DNA from: a virus
Length of the DNA: 64,000 bases
Virus record (IMG/VR): IMGVR_UViG_3300025770_000012
Location: 1-64,000 of that record
Direction: 5' to 3' (one strand)
A program made the translations under genes and the position numbers. The notes beneath the pieces are model-generated. The model saw only the letters and a list, made by a program, of their open reading frames with translations, ran no database searches and was not told the origin of the DNA. Numbering within the stretch: position 1 is the first letter of the stretch; each line of letters starts with the position of its first letter. Below are positions 1 through 7,983 of the stretch, in pieces.

Positions 1-213
1 TTAATTCATCACACTTACCTATGTGTAGTCCACCCCAATCAACGCTTATAGCTGATCCTTTTGAAGCTATGGGAGAAAATTTCCTACTTACTTATAGTGT
101 CTCACGACAGTTTTGTAAGCGTTAACTAGATTACTCTAATTGATATAAATCCCACGTCTGACCCCCTACTTGTTTACCTCAGGGGTGATACGGTAGTATT
201 CCGTGCTTCGTGA
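1..213 (-). ncRNA. Candidate structured non-coding RNA or long 5' leader, truncated by the window edge
   Basis: No ORF in the track. Lies directly downstream of a consensus promoter. Several helices are fully paired only on the - strand via G-U pairs (34-48 with 116-130). GNRA-capped hairpins at 98-109 (GUGA) and 124-141 (GUAA). Confidence 0.55.
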
Positions 214-217
214 AATG

Positions 218-249
218 CAAATATAGGAGATAGCATCGATAAAACCAAA
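218..249 (-). promoter_or_regulatory. Bacteroidota housekeeping-sigma promoter (-33 TTTG / -7 TAnnTTTG), leftward
   Basis: On the - strand: TTTG (249-246), 20-nt spacer, TATATTTG (225-218). Matches the established Bacteroides/Flavobacterium consensus. Confidence 0.8.
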
Positions 250-472
250 CCTAAAATAAAATTTTTTCCCCGAGTATTAAGAAGTTGACCTGGAGGGCCA
301 TACTTCGTAGGGGTCCCCTTACCTATTGGGATAAGTTTTGAGATAGACTAAAATTTAAAAATTTGGTTTGTTAGTGAGTGTGTAGGGGTATTAGATAGAA
401 CACCCCACCGAGTTTTTGGTGGCCGAACGGCCCCACCAAATGTAAACATAGTTTAATCAAATCCTTTTAACC

Positions 473-793
473 ATGGCTAAAACAATTAGCAACAAAGTTG
501 ATTATGCTGCACGTAATGCAGCATATATCGGTAAGACACTACGTGTCGTTACCTGTAGTAAGGATACTAGACCTAAGAAGAAGGGCTTCTTCATTAGTCT
601 GGCATCCTCTAATATTAATAGTCGAGAGTTAATCTCGAGCTATAGCAGTAGCAGGCTAAAGCCTGGCTCCTTCGTGACCATCAATCAAGATGGATGGCTC
701 ACTGGTATTGCTTCCGTCTCCGACGTGAAAGCAATCCTAAAAGAAGACATAGCGTACAAGTCCGCTGTATCTTCTTTAAACTCCCTTAAATAG
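473..793 (+). CDS. Hypothetical basic early protein
   Basis: 106-aa ORF with A/T-rich initiation region, followed by a terminator. Confidence 0.7.
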   Translation: MAKTISNKVDYAARNAAYIGKTLRVVTCSKDTRPKKKGFFISLASSNINSRELISSYSSSRLKPGSFVTINQDGWLTGIASVSDVKAILKEDIAYKSAVSSLNSLK

Positions 794-804
794 GGAGTTT
801 TTTT
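778..804 (+). terminator. Intrinsic terminator
   Basis: aaactccct-taaat-agggagttt followed by a T run. Confidence 0.75.
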
Positions 805-852
805 AAATAATAGTATGTGATATAGTCCTATGGTCTAGTCACTTAGGTAACC

Positions 853-930
853 ATGTTGGTTAAGGTGAGGTGGGAGGGAGTGGGAGTCAATGTAATGACC
901 AGATCTCTCTCCCCATTTCACAGCCAATAT
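853..930 (+). other. Long imperfect RNA hairpin (possible RNase III-type processing site)
   Basis: atgttggtt/agccaatat, gtgaggtggg/cccatttcac, agggag/ctctct and gtca/tgac pair with multiple G-U pairs on the + strand; intergenic. Confidence 0.55.
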
Positions 931-1004
931 ATCTATCCATCTAATTCAAGCTATAACAAAGTATAGCACATTCAACAAATATTCATTTAAATTCATAAGA
1001 AAAC

Positions 1005-1604
1005 ATGGGACATAAATCCTATTCAATGGTAGCATTACTTACAACTCAAGTAGCTAACCTAACTGATGCATTAATTGTATCACAAGAGATCAACCAACGT
1101 CAAATAGACCAAATGGATGGCTTTCAACAAGAGCTATTCGCTATGGAAGCAAACCATGATAGTCATCTGGAACACTCTCGAGAGCAGAAACAAATAATAG
1201 AAGCTCAAAAGGAGATAGTAGCAGAGCACCAACAAAGATTCCTAGACTTAGAAGCAAAGTTAAAGAACACTCAATTTGAGCTCTCTTCTATGACAGATCA
1301 GTGCCTAGCTAATGACGATCATGCAGCCATGGAATATACACCTCCAACAGCAGAAGAGGAGATAAACTGTGCAACTGAAATGACTAAGAGATTAGTATCA
1401 TTAGAGATATTACAACATCTCAAGAAGAAGAACATCTCAGTCAGTACTAAACACGGTAAGTTTGAAGTGCCTACTAATGTTGAGCAATTACCTCCAAGTC
1501 TTTGCAGTCCTAAGCATAATGGTAAAGCTAATCCATTTTGGGGGGCAGCATATCAAAGAGCAAGGAGAAATGTGAAGAAGAACCTTCAAACTCTTCAAGC
1601 ATGA
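1005..1604 (+). CDS. Hypothetical coiled-coil protein
   Basis: 199-aa ORF with a Q/E-rich heptad-like N-terminal half. Confidence 0.8.
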   Translation: MGHKSYSMVALLTTQVANLTDALIVSQEINQRQIDQMDGFQQELFAMEANHDSHLEHSREQKQIIEAQKEIVAEHQQRFLDLEAKLKNTQFELSSMTDQCLANDDHAAMEYTPPTAEEEINCATEMTKRLVSLEILQHLKKKNISVSTKHGKFEVPTNVEQLPPSLCSPKHNGKANPFWGAAYQRARRNVKKNLQTLQA

Positions 1605-1849
1605 AATACTTCCTACCCGCATGCGTTAGAGGCGTAGGATATATCCTTGCATTTGCATTGACATATCTTACAGTCCATACTGTACTAACAACGATACTCG
1701 CCTTAATATCAGGAGAGACGTTTATAGGACTATTCCAATCAGGCCTAGCATTACTAAGTATACTTCTTACACTCTTAACAATAGGTATTATCCTAAAGAT
1801 AGAAGCAGATCTAGAAAAGGAAGCTAACCGAAGAAATGAGTACCGATGA
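1601..1849 (+). CDS. Small two-TM membrane protein
   Basis: Likely start MKYFLPA at 1601 (ATGA overlap with the upstream stop) rather than the track's 1538; two hydrophobic helices. Confidence 0.7.
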   Translation: MKYFLPACVRGVGYILAFALTYLTVHTVLTTILALISGETFIGLFQSGLALLSILLTLLTIGIILKIEADLEKEANRRNEYR

Positions 1850-2028
1850 GCCAAAACAGAGAACATAGCAAGTCCTTATTATATTTAGGGGCTTGCTTAA
1901 GCTCTGAAGATAAAGATACTATGACTACTACTTTAAAAGATAAGTATGGTTACAATACTCTTGACCTTCAAAGCTTTTGGAATCAGACACTAATCTTAAA
2001 AACCCAGGCAAATGCGAGAAGCATGTAA
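1846..2028 (+). CDS. Hypothetical protein
   Basis: 60-aa ORF with ATGA overlap with the previous gene. Confidence 0.6.
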   Translation: MSQNREHSKSLLYLGACLSSEDKDTMTTTLKDKYGYNTLDLQSFWNQTLILKTQANARSM

Positions 2029-2185
2029 CCAAATATTTGACTTATGCGTCCAAGCACTAATATTCTTAGCGGACGTTATAAATATATCGTATAAAGAAAT
2101 CAATGTAATAATGTTTGTGATATGGATGCCATTACACATCTTAGTCTTACACTACATTTTATATAAGAAGAGAAAAACTTCTTAA
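2012..2185 (+). CDS. Small membrane protein (57 aa), missed by the ORF track
   Basis: Translated by hand: MREACNQIFDLCVQALIFLADVINISYKEINVIMFVIWMPLHILVLHYILYKKRKTS; hydrophobic segment with a basic C-terminus. Confidence 0.7.
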   Translation: MREACNQIFDLCVQALIFLADVINISYKEINVIMFVIWMPLHILVLHYILYKKRKTS

Positions 2186-2199
2186 TAGTATAACATTAG

Positions 2200-2260
2200 T
2201 AACTCTTACCTCGGGCCGTTCCCTAATCCCTAACACACATTTGGAAGGTAAGAGTTATTT
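2200..2260 (+). terminator. Large-loop stem followed by T run (terminator or processing stem)
   Basis: taactcttacct (2200-2211) is a perfect 12-bp inverted repeat with aggtaagagtta (2246-2257). Confidence 0.55.
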
Positions 2261-2299
2261 TAATAAAAACAATAAAAACATCTAAAACCAGCATCAATC

Positions 2300-3217
2300 A
2301 TGAATGGAATTAAACTAGACTTAGGCCAAGACATAGGCACAGTCATAAAAGACGCACTATCTAAGATAGTAAATGAAGACAAAAAAATCTTCACAGACGC
2401 AATAGAAACCTTAGTACAAGAAGAAGTACAAAAGCTTAGACCTACTAAAGTAGTGATACCAGGGAGACCTATTCACATACTTAAGCAAAGAGCACATAAA
2501 AAGTTCAGGATAACTGCTACATTGTGTAACATAAGCAGACAGTGTATGTTAGTGGGGCCTGCAGGAACAGGTAAAACTACATTAGCTGCACAAGTAGCTA
2601 AAGCTGCAAATCTAAACTTCGCTGCTATCTCTTGCTCTGCAGGAATGAGTGAAGCACACCTAACCGGCAGAATGTTATTTAATGGGGAGTACGTAAGCTC
2701 TCAATTTGTTGAAATCTTTGAAAATGGAGGAGTATTTCTATTTGACGAGATAGACGCTGCAGATCCTAATACGTTATTAGTTATCAACTCTGCTTTGGCT
2801 AACGGATACATCAACCTAGTAAATAGGAAAGATAAACCCATAGCTAAAAGACATGGAGACACTGTTATTATAGTGGCAGGTAACTCATATGGTACAGGCT
2901 CTGATATTTATCACGGTAGAAACTACTTAGACGCAGCATTCCTTGATAGGTTTGCCTTGACTAAGATAGAAGTAGACTATGATGAAGAGTTAGAAAAATC
3001 CTTCGGTGCAGATATTTCCGATAAATTAGTAATCGGTAAGTTTCACCAGTTCAGAGCTAACGTAAAGAACTATGAAATTAAGCGCACTGTATCTACAAGA
3101 GCTATCATTGATGCTCTTATGCAAAAGAAAGCAGGATTAAGTATGCAAGGAATCTACGACAGATTCTTTCAAGGTTGGACTCCCGAAGAAATCATGAAAA
3201 CCAAAGGAGATGCGTAG
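2300..3217 (+). CDS. MoxR/CbbQ/CobS-like AAA+ ATPase
   Basis: Walker A GPAGTGKT, Walker B FLFDEID, sensor AGN, LDAAFLDRF arginine finger, STR sensor II. Confidence 0.9.
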   Translation: MNGIKLDLGQDIGTVIKDALSKIVNEDKKIFTDAIETLVQEEVQKLRPTKVVIPGRPIHILKQRAHKKFRITATLCNISRQCMLVGPAGTGKTTLAAQVAKAANLNFAAISCSAGMSEAHLTGRMLFNGEYVSSQFVEIFENGGVFLFDEIDAADPNTLLVINSALANGYINLVNRKDKPIAKRHGDTVIIVAGNSYGTGSDIYHGRNYLDAAFLDRFALTKIEVDYDEELEKSFGADISDKLVIGKFHQFRANVKNYEIKRTVSTRAIIDALMQKKAGLSMQGIYDRFFQGWTPEEIMKTKGDA

Positions 3218-4097
3218 AATGAAACAATACACCCCTGAATTTGTATCCTTCCTTAATTGGGAGGATACTTCAGAGGAAGGAGAAATGCTAACACATGAGT
3301 TCGCAGTATTTAAAGATGTTAAACATCTTCTAGATGGTATGGACGGAATTAAAAACAAATACAATCATGGCGTTGATGACCCAAGTTGGACTCATGGAGA
3401 GCTAGGCACAAGAGAAAGAACTAAACATTCAGTCTACTATGCCAAGCCTACAGCAAAAACAATTGCCAAAGTCAAAGAACTTAGAACTGAGTTAACCAAT
3501 ATTAAAGCTGTTAAAAACAACTTTAAGATAGCAACTAACAAACGTTCTAAGATTAGGTTTGACAATCACGGAGACGAGTTAGATATAAATAGATTAATGT
3601 GTGGAGCACCTGATTATTGGAGCATTAAAGCCAATAGTAAAGTTGAACCAGCTATTAAACTATTCCTAAATCTAACTCTATCTTGTGGAAATGGCGAGGA
3701 GAACTTCCAACGCTTAGCGGCTCTCACCGCGGTGGCCGCTGAACTGCTCCAACGAATGGGTAAAAATGTAGAGATTAAATGCATTGCACCAATTAGGAAA
3801 AGAGATGACGAAAGAATACTCAGACACGGAGTAATCTTTACAGTCAAGCGAGCTGAAGAACCAATAGATATATACAAGATAGCCTCTTTGGGATGTCCTG
3901 GATTATTTAGAGACTACATCTTCAGAGCTATAGGCAATTGTATAGAAAACAATGGTAATGATATGGGCTCTTCGGAGAAACTATCAGAAGACCATAGACA
4001 AGAACTAGGGATTGATTACATGATTGAACAACAATGGATCAACGGTAAAGAAACCCTATTTGTTGAAGACATCTTTTCACAGGAGATGGCCAAATAA
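3210..4097 (+). CDS. Putative degenerate vWA/CobT-like partner of the AAA ATPase
   Basis: Overlaps the AAA gene; GDELDINRLMCG pre-vWA motif followed by beta-strand LFLNLTLSCG and helix AAELLQRMG. Start may be 3219. Confidence 0.6.
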   Translation: MRRMKQYTPEFVSFLNWEDTSEEGEMLTHEFAVFKDVKHLLDGMDGIKNKYNHGVDDPSWTHGELGTRERTKHSVYYAKPTAKTIAKVKELRTELTNIKAVKNNFKIATNKRSKIRFDNHGDELDINRLMCGAPDYWSIKANSKVEPAIKLFLNLTLSCGNGEENFQRLAALTAVAAELLQRMGKNVEIKCIAPIRKRDDERILRHGVIFTVKRAEEPIDIYKIASLGCPGLFRDYIFRAIGNCIENNGNDMGSSEKLSEDHRQELGIDYMIEQQWINGKETLFVEDIFSQEMAK

Positions 4098-4102
4098 GAG
4101 AG

Positions 4103-4137
4103 AAACAACAAGGGGCTTAAAACTCCCTTGTTGTTTT
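4103..4137 (+). terminator. Intrinsic terminator
   Basis: aaacaacaagggg...cccttgttgtttt hairpin. Confidence 0.75.
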
Positions 4138-4177
4138 AATTAAAATTAACTATAAACACTTTTAAAACAATAAGATC

Positions 4178-4618
4178 ATGTATAAAGAATTATACGCTGA
4201 AACCCTTGGGGGCTTTACGCACACAGGAGAAACAATAGAAGAAGCATGTTGCCTATCTGACGGATATTTAGACAGCAAACAAACTGAGTTCAAAGAACTG
4301 CTTAAAAATAATCTAGGAGACGTTGGGCTTAAGTCTGAACTATACCAAAAAGCTCTATACGAATTAGCACCAGCAAATCTCATAGAAGTATTCTTTACAG
4401 GAGTAATTATAGGACGCTTTGAATCCATGATGGAACGAGAGATTGATAAAGATGACTCACCAAACTCTGAAAAAGCAAAAGTGTTCTCTTCACTGAAGAA
4501 AGCAATTGAAATGTACTACCACATACTAGATAAAGTGAATGAAGACGACCACGAAGAAAAAGCATCGATGGAGAAAAACCTCCGAAAGTTACTCGAAGCT
4601 GCGTGTATGATACTATAA
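4178..4618 (+). CDS. Hypothetical protein, paralog of 4798-5076
   Basis: Shares LYxExLGxFxH and SExxQxxLYExxPxNLxExxxxGxxIG with the next gene. Confidence 0.8.
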   Translation: MYKELYAETLGGFTHTGETIEEACCLSDGYLDSKQTEFKELLKNNLGDVGLKSELYQKALYELAPANLIEVFFTGVIIGRFESMMEREIDKDDSPNSEKAKVFSSLKKAIEMYYHILDKVNEDDHEEKASMEKNLRKLLEAACMIL

Positions 4619-4732
4619 AACGAAAGCCGCCTTCCAAATGAATCATGGGCAAATTATGACTGTAGGAAAAGACTATAAACCTTGTACAAGTCGAGATACC
4701 AAGGCATAAGCTTGTAAAATATTATCTCATAC

Positions 4733-4774
4733 ACATCAGAGGAGACTTCAAAATAAGTGTCCTCTGATGTTTTT
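4733..4774 (+). terminator. Intrinsic terminator
   Basis: acatcagagga...tcctctgatgt followed by TTTT. Confidence 0.7.
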
Positions 4775-4797
4775 AACACATTTTAAAACCGTTATAA

Positions 4798-5076
4798 ATG
4801 GAAAAGAAATTTAGAACCCTATACGACGAAGCTTTAGGACAATTTGAACACGATAAACCTGACCTCTTAGAGGTTATGGGTATTCCGACAGAGCGTGCAC
4901 AAGAGCTGAAAGACAAATTAGAAAAGATAATTGACTCGGACTTATGGAAAAGATCCGACTCAGAAATGCTTCAACACTCGTTGTATGAAGCAGAGCCGCA
5001 AAATTTAAAAGAGACCCTATTAGTAGGCTACATGATAGGTGTCCTTAAACAATTAGATAGCCATGATAACTTATAA
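4798..5076 (+). CDS. Hypothetical protein, paralog of 4178-4618
   Basis: Aligns by eye with the N-terminal part of the 146-aa protein. Confidence 0.8.
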   Translation: MEKKFRTLYDEALGQFEHDKPDLLEVMGIPTERAQELKDKLEKIIDSDLWKRSDSEMLQHSLYEAEPQNLKETLLVGYMIGVLKQLDSHDNL

Positions 5077-5088
5077 ACATTTTTCACC

Positions 5089-5679
5089 ATGGAAAATACA
5101 TTAAATACAGGTTCACTTGCTACCTTGAAAGCAGGACAGACGTTACTAGTTAACGCACGTAAAGTAAAGAACAACAAGATTCATCTTGAGTTCGCAGAAG
5201 TAATACAAGGTGGGTCAGCCCCAGTAAATGTATTAGCATTGTTAAACAAATCAGATGATAGATTCAGTTCTAACGCACGACGTGCTTGGGTAACTGCTGA
5301 ACCAGCTGATGCTGAAGAGTACTTCAACATAGATTTTGGACTATCCGCAGGATGGTACATGTCTGAGAAAGGTGAAATGCTTGACCTAGATGTCCTCAAC
5401 CCGACCATGGAAGGTGTGCGTTGTAGAGTTCTTGTTCAAGAAACCACTGAAGGTACTGAATACCAGATAGACAATCTAGACAAATCTGCTAAACGAAGAG
5501 GTAAAGATGGTGAGTTTATCACACATCAAGGTTCTTACATCTTCAGTAACACTATCGTTACATTAACAGATGAAGTAGATACAACTGATAGGCATGACTT
5601 TTTAGAGGCTGATACACAGGCTCAAGAGAAAGCCAAATCAAGAATAGAAGGAGTAAGTGAGCTCTCTGACATGATTTAG
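5089..5679 (+). CDS. Hypothetical acidic, beta-rich protein
   Basis: 196-aa ORF immediately upstream of the polymerase; no family recognised. Confidence 0.8.
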   Translation: MENTLNTGSLATLKAGQTLLVNARKVKNNKIHLEFAEVIQGGSAPVNVLALLNKSDDRFSSNARRAWVTAEPADAEEYFNIDFGLSAGWYMSEKGEMLDLDVLNPTMEGVRCRVLVQETTEGTEYQIDNLDKSAKRRGKDGEFITHQGSYIFSNTIVTLTDEVDTTDRHDFLEADTQAQEKAKSRIEGVSELSDMI

Positions 5680-5710
5680 AGAGTTGATTAACTATGTTTA
5701 CAAATCGGAG

Positions 5711-5739
5711 AGAGCACGGGAATTACGTTCCTGTGCTCT
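5711..5739 (+). other. 12-bp stem-loop upstream of the DNA polymerase gene
   Basis: agagcacgggaa-ttacg-ttcctgtgctct with no T tract; a stabilising, regulatory or weak terminating role is possible. Confidence 0.45.
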
Positions 5740-5815
5740 TGATGATTATTACGGCTGCACTGTGAATTCGGTTCAATGAGGTTACACACTTTTTCAACAT
5801 CTAAACCTATATATA

Positions 5816-7702
5816 ATGATTTACCTAATCAACAGTACCTATAAAGGTACACATAAATTTAAAACAGCGTCCTTACAAGATGCTGTAGACTACTGTAAGA
5901 CACAAGATGTCCTCTCAGTAGACACAGAGACTACAGGTTTAGACTTTACCTCAGACAAAGTAATCCTATTTCAAATAGGCACAAAAGAAAAGCAATTCCT
6001 CATAGACACACGTTCCGAAGGAATTGAACTTCTAAAACCCATCCTTGAGTCACCAACTATACTTAAACTCTTTCACAATGCTAAGTTCGATTTGAATTTC
6101 ATCAGGTCAAGCTTCGGTATTAGATGTGAAACCGTCTATGACACTATGCTCATGGAAAAGGTACTCACCTGCGGTAAAGGAGAATCAGCTAGCCTATTCA
6201 ACACTCTTATCAGAAGACTTAAGATAGAGCTTGACAAGACTCAGCAGTCCTCCTTTGTAGGACATAAAGGAGAGTTTACTACTCCTCAACTCATCTATGC
6301 TGCTAAAGATGTGGAACATCTGATAGACGTCAGATACATTCAAAACAAGCTTATAACTGGGAACAAACTAGACACCCTAGCAGATCTAGAGAATGAAGTA
6401 GTAATATCTTTTGCAGATATAGAATTCAACGGCTTAGACTTAGACCAAAATGCTTGGCTAAAACTAGCTGATAATGCTTTAACTAAAGCAGAAGCACACA
6501 TGAACACGTTAGATGAGCATATAACTGCGGATAAACAGTTCAAGAAATTTGTCATGTCTTCTGTTCAAGGAGACCTCTTTACCGATACAGCAGATTTACG
6601 CAAGATAGACGTTAAGTGGACTTCACCTACTCAGGTGCTAAGCGTATTCCAATGCTTAATACCTAAGTTAGACAATGTTAACGGTAAAGAACTGTTCATA
6701 CATAGATTCTCTAACCCTATCATAGATGAGTATATAAAGTATAAGGAGCAAATGAAAATCTACACTTCATACGGTGAGAGATTCATGCAAAACCTTAAAG
6801 GCGATGGAAGAGTACACACATCCTTTCATCAAATCTTAGATACTGGGAGAGTATCCAGTTCTAAGCCTAATATGCAACAGATACCAGCGGACAATGCTTT
6901 TAGGAATTGCTTTATAGCACCTGAAGGATGGAAGTTTGTATCTGCTGACTACAGCTCACAAGAATTAAACGTTATTGCATTCGGGTCGCAAGATCCCGTA
7001 TGGCTAAAGGCACTTGAAGAAGGACAAGACCTGCACTCAGTATGTGCAGAGCTCGTGTACGGAGACAAGTGGATGAAAGCTGCTGATAAAGACTGTAACT
7101 ACCTAGTAGCTAAAGGAAAGTGCAAGTGTAAACAGCACAAGAAGCTCCGTACCAATGTCAAGTCGATTAATTTCGGCTTGGCATACGGAATGGGGGCCAA
7201 CAAACTAGCTGCTACATTAGATATAAGTAAGAAAGCAGCAGAGAAACTAATCGAAGACTATTTCGAAGCGTTCCCTGCTATTAAAGGCTTCTTAGAGAAG
7301 CTGTCTAACTTTGGAACTAAGTTCGGGTATATAAAGACCTTTCCTCCTTACAATAGGAGGAGATGGTTTAACACCTGGTTCCCTAAGATGTACAATTCTA
7401 GGGAGAACTCACAAGAGTTTTCATCAATAGAGCGAGCCTCAAAGAACACTCCTATTCAAGGAGCTAGTGCTGATATGACTAAGAAAGCTCTTATTTTAAT
7501 CAGAAACTATATTAAAACACATGACATTCCTGTCAAAGTAGTGATGACTGTGCACGATCAAATAGATACTATCTGTGAAGAGAGCTATCTAAAAGAATGG
7601 ACAATTCAATTTAAACTATTAATGGAAGAGGCAGCAGCAGAGATAGTAACCAATGGCCTGTTAAAGGCGGAGGTATCTGTATCTGATTGCTGGGAAAAAT
7701 GA
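5816..7702 (+). CDS. polA: Family A DNA polymerase with 3'-5' exonuclease
   Basis: Exo motifs DTETTG, HNAKFD, YAAKD; TGRVSSSKPNMQQIP; motif A ADYSSQEL; motif B KSINFGLAYG; NTPIQG; motif C VHDQ. Confidence 0.97.
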   Translation: MIYLINSTYKGTHKFKTASLQDAVDYCKTQDVLSVDTETTGLDFTSDKVILFQIGTKEKQFLIDTRSEGIELLKPILESPTILKLFHNAKFDLNFIRSSFGIRCETVYDTMLMEKVLTCGKGESASLFNTLIRRLKIELDKTQQSSFVGHKGEFTTPQLIYAAKDVEHLIDVRYIQNKLITGNKLDTLADLENEVVISFADIEFNGLDLDQNAWLKLADNALTKAEAHMNTLDEHITADKQFKKFVMSSVQGDLFTDTADLRKIDVKWTSPTQVLSVFQCLIPKLDNVNGKELFIHRFSNPIIDEYIKYKEQMKIYTSYGERFMQNLKGDGRVHTSFHQILDTGRVSSSKPNMQQIPADNAFRNCFIAPEGWKFVSADYSSQELNVIAFGSQDPVWLKALEEGQDLHSVCAELVYGDKWMKAADKDCNYLVAKGKCKCKQHKKLRTNVKSINFGLAYGMGANKLAATLDISKKAAEKLIEDYFEAFPAIKGFLEKLSNFGTKFGYIKTFPPYNRRRWFNTWFPKMYNSRENSQEFSSIERASKNTPIQGASADMTKKALILIRNYIKTHDIPVKVVMTVHDQIDTICEESYLKEWTIQFKLLMEEAAAEIVTNGLLKAEVSVSDCWEK

Positions 7703-7725
7703 AACATAAACTTAAATATTAAACC

Positions 7726-7983
7726 ATGATTAGACAAACACAGGTAGAGTCCTATGAAAAACTCCAACCAGACCTTTCTAGAAGGCAAACAGAGGTATAT
7801 GACTGCTTAAAGAGCTCTCGTAACGGCCTTACTAACCGAGGAGTGGCTAAGCTTTTAGGTTGGGACATAAATAGAGTTACAGGTCGCATGAATGAGCTTG
7901 TTGCTAAAGATGCAGTTACAGGAGACACTACAGTTTTCGATAGCCAGACTCAACGTACAGTTACTCTATGGAAAGTAACGTAA
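7726..7983 (+). CDS. Winged helix-turn-helix protein
   Basis: LSRRQTEVY...GLTNRGVAKLLGWDINRVTGRMNELV followed by a beta-hairpin wing. Confidence 0.75.
   Translation: MIRQTQVESYEKLQPDLSRRQTEVYDCLKSSRNGLTNRGVAKLLGWDINRVTGRMNELVAKDAVTGDTTVFDSQTQRTVTLWKVT

Noticed and set aside
1-60. Calling the left-edge RNA a group I intron
   Set aside because: Only a loose GACUA-hairpin resemblance; no P4/P6 consensus or flanking exon is visible, and the element is truncated.
4619-4715. Possible read-through or remnant ORF (NESRLPNESWANYDCRKRL) in frame after the 4618 stop
   Set aside because: No start codon in that frame, very short, and no independent support.
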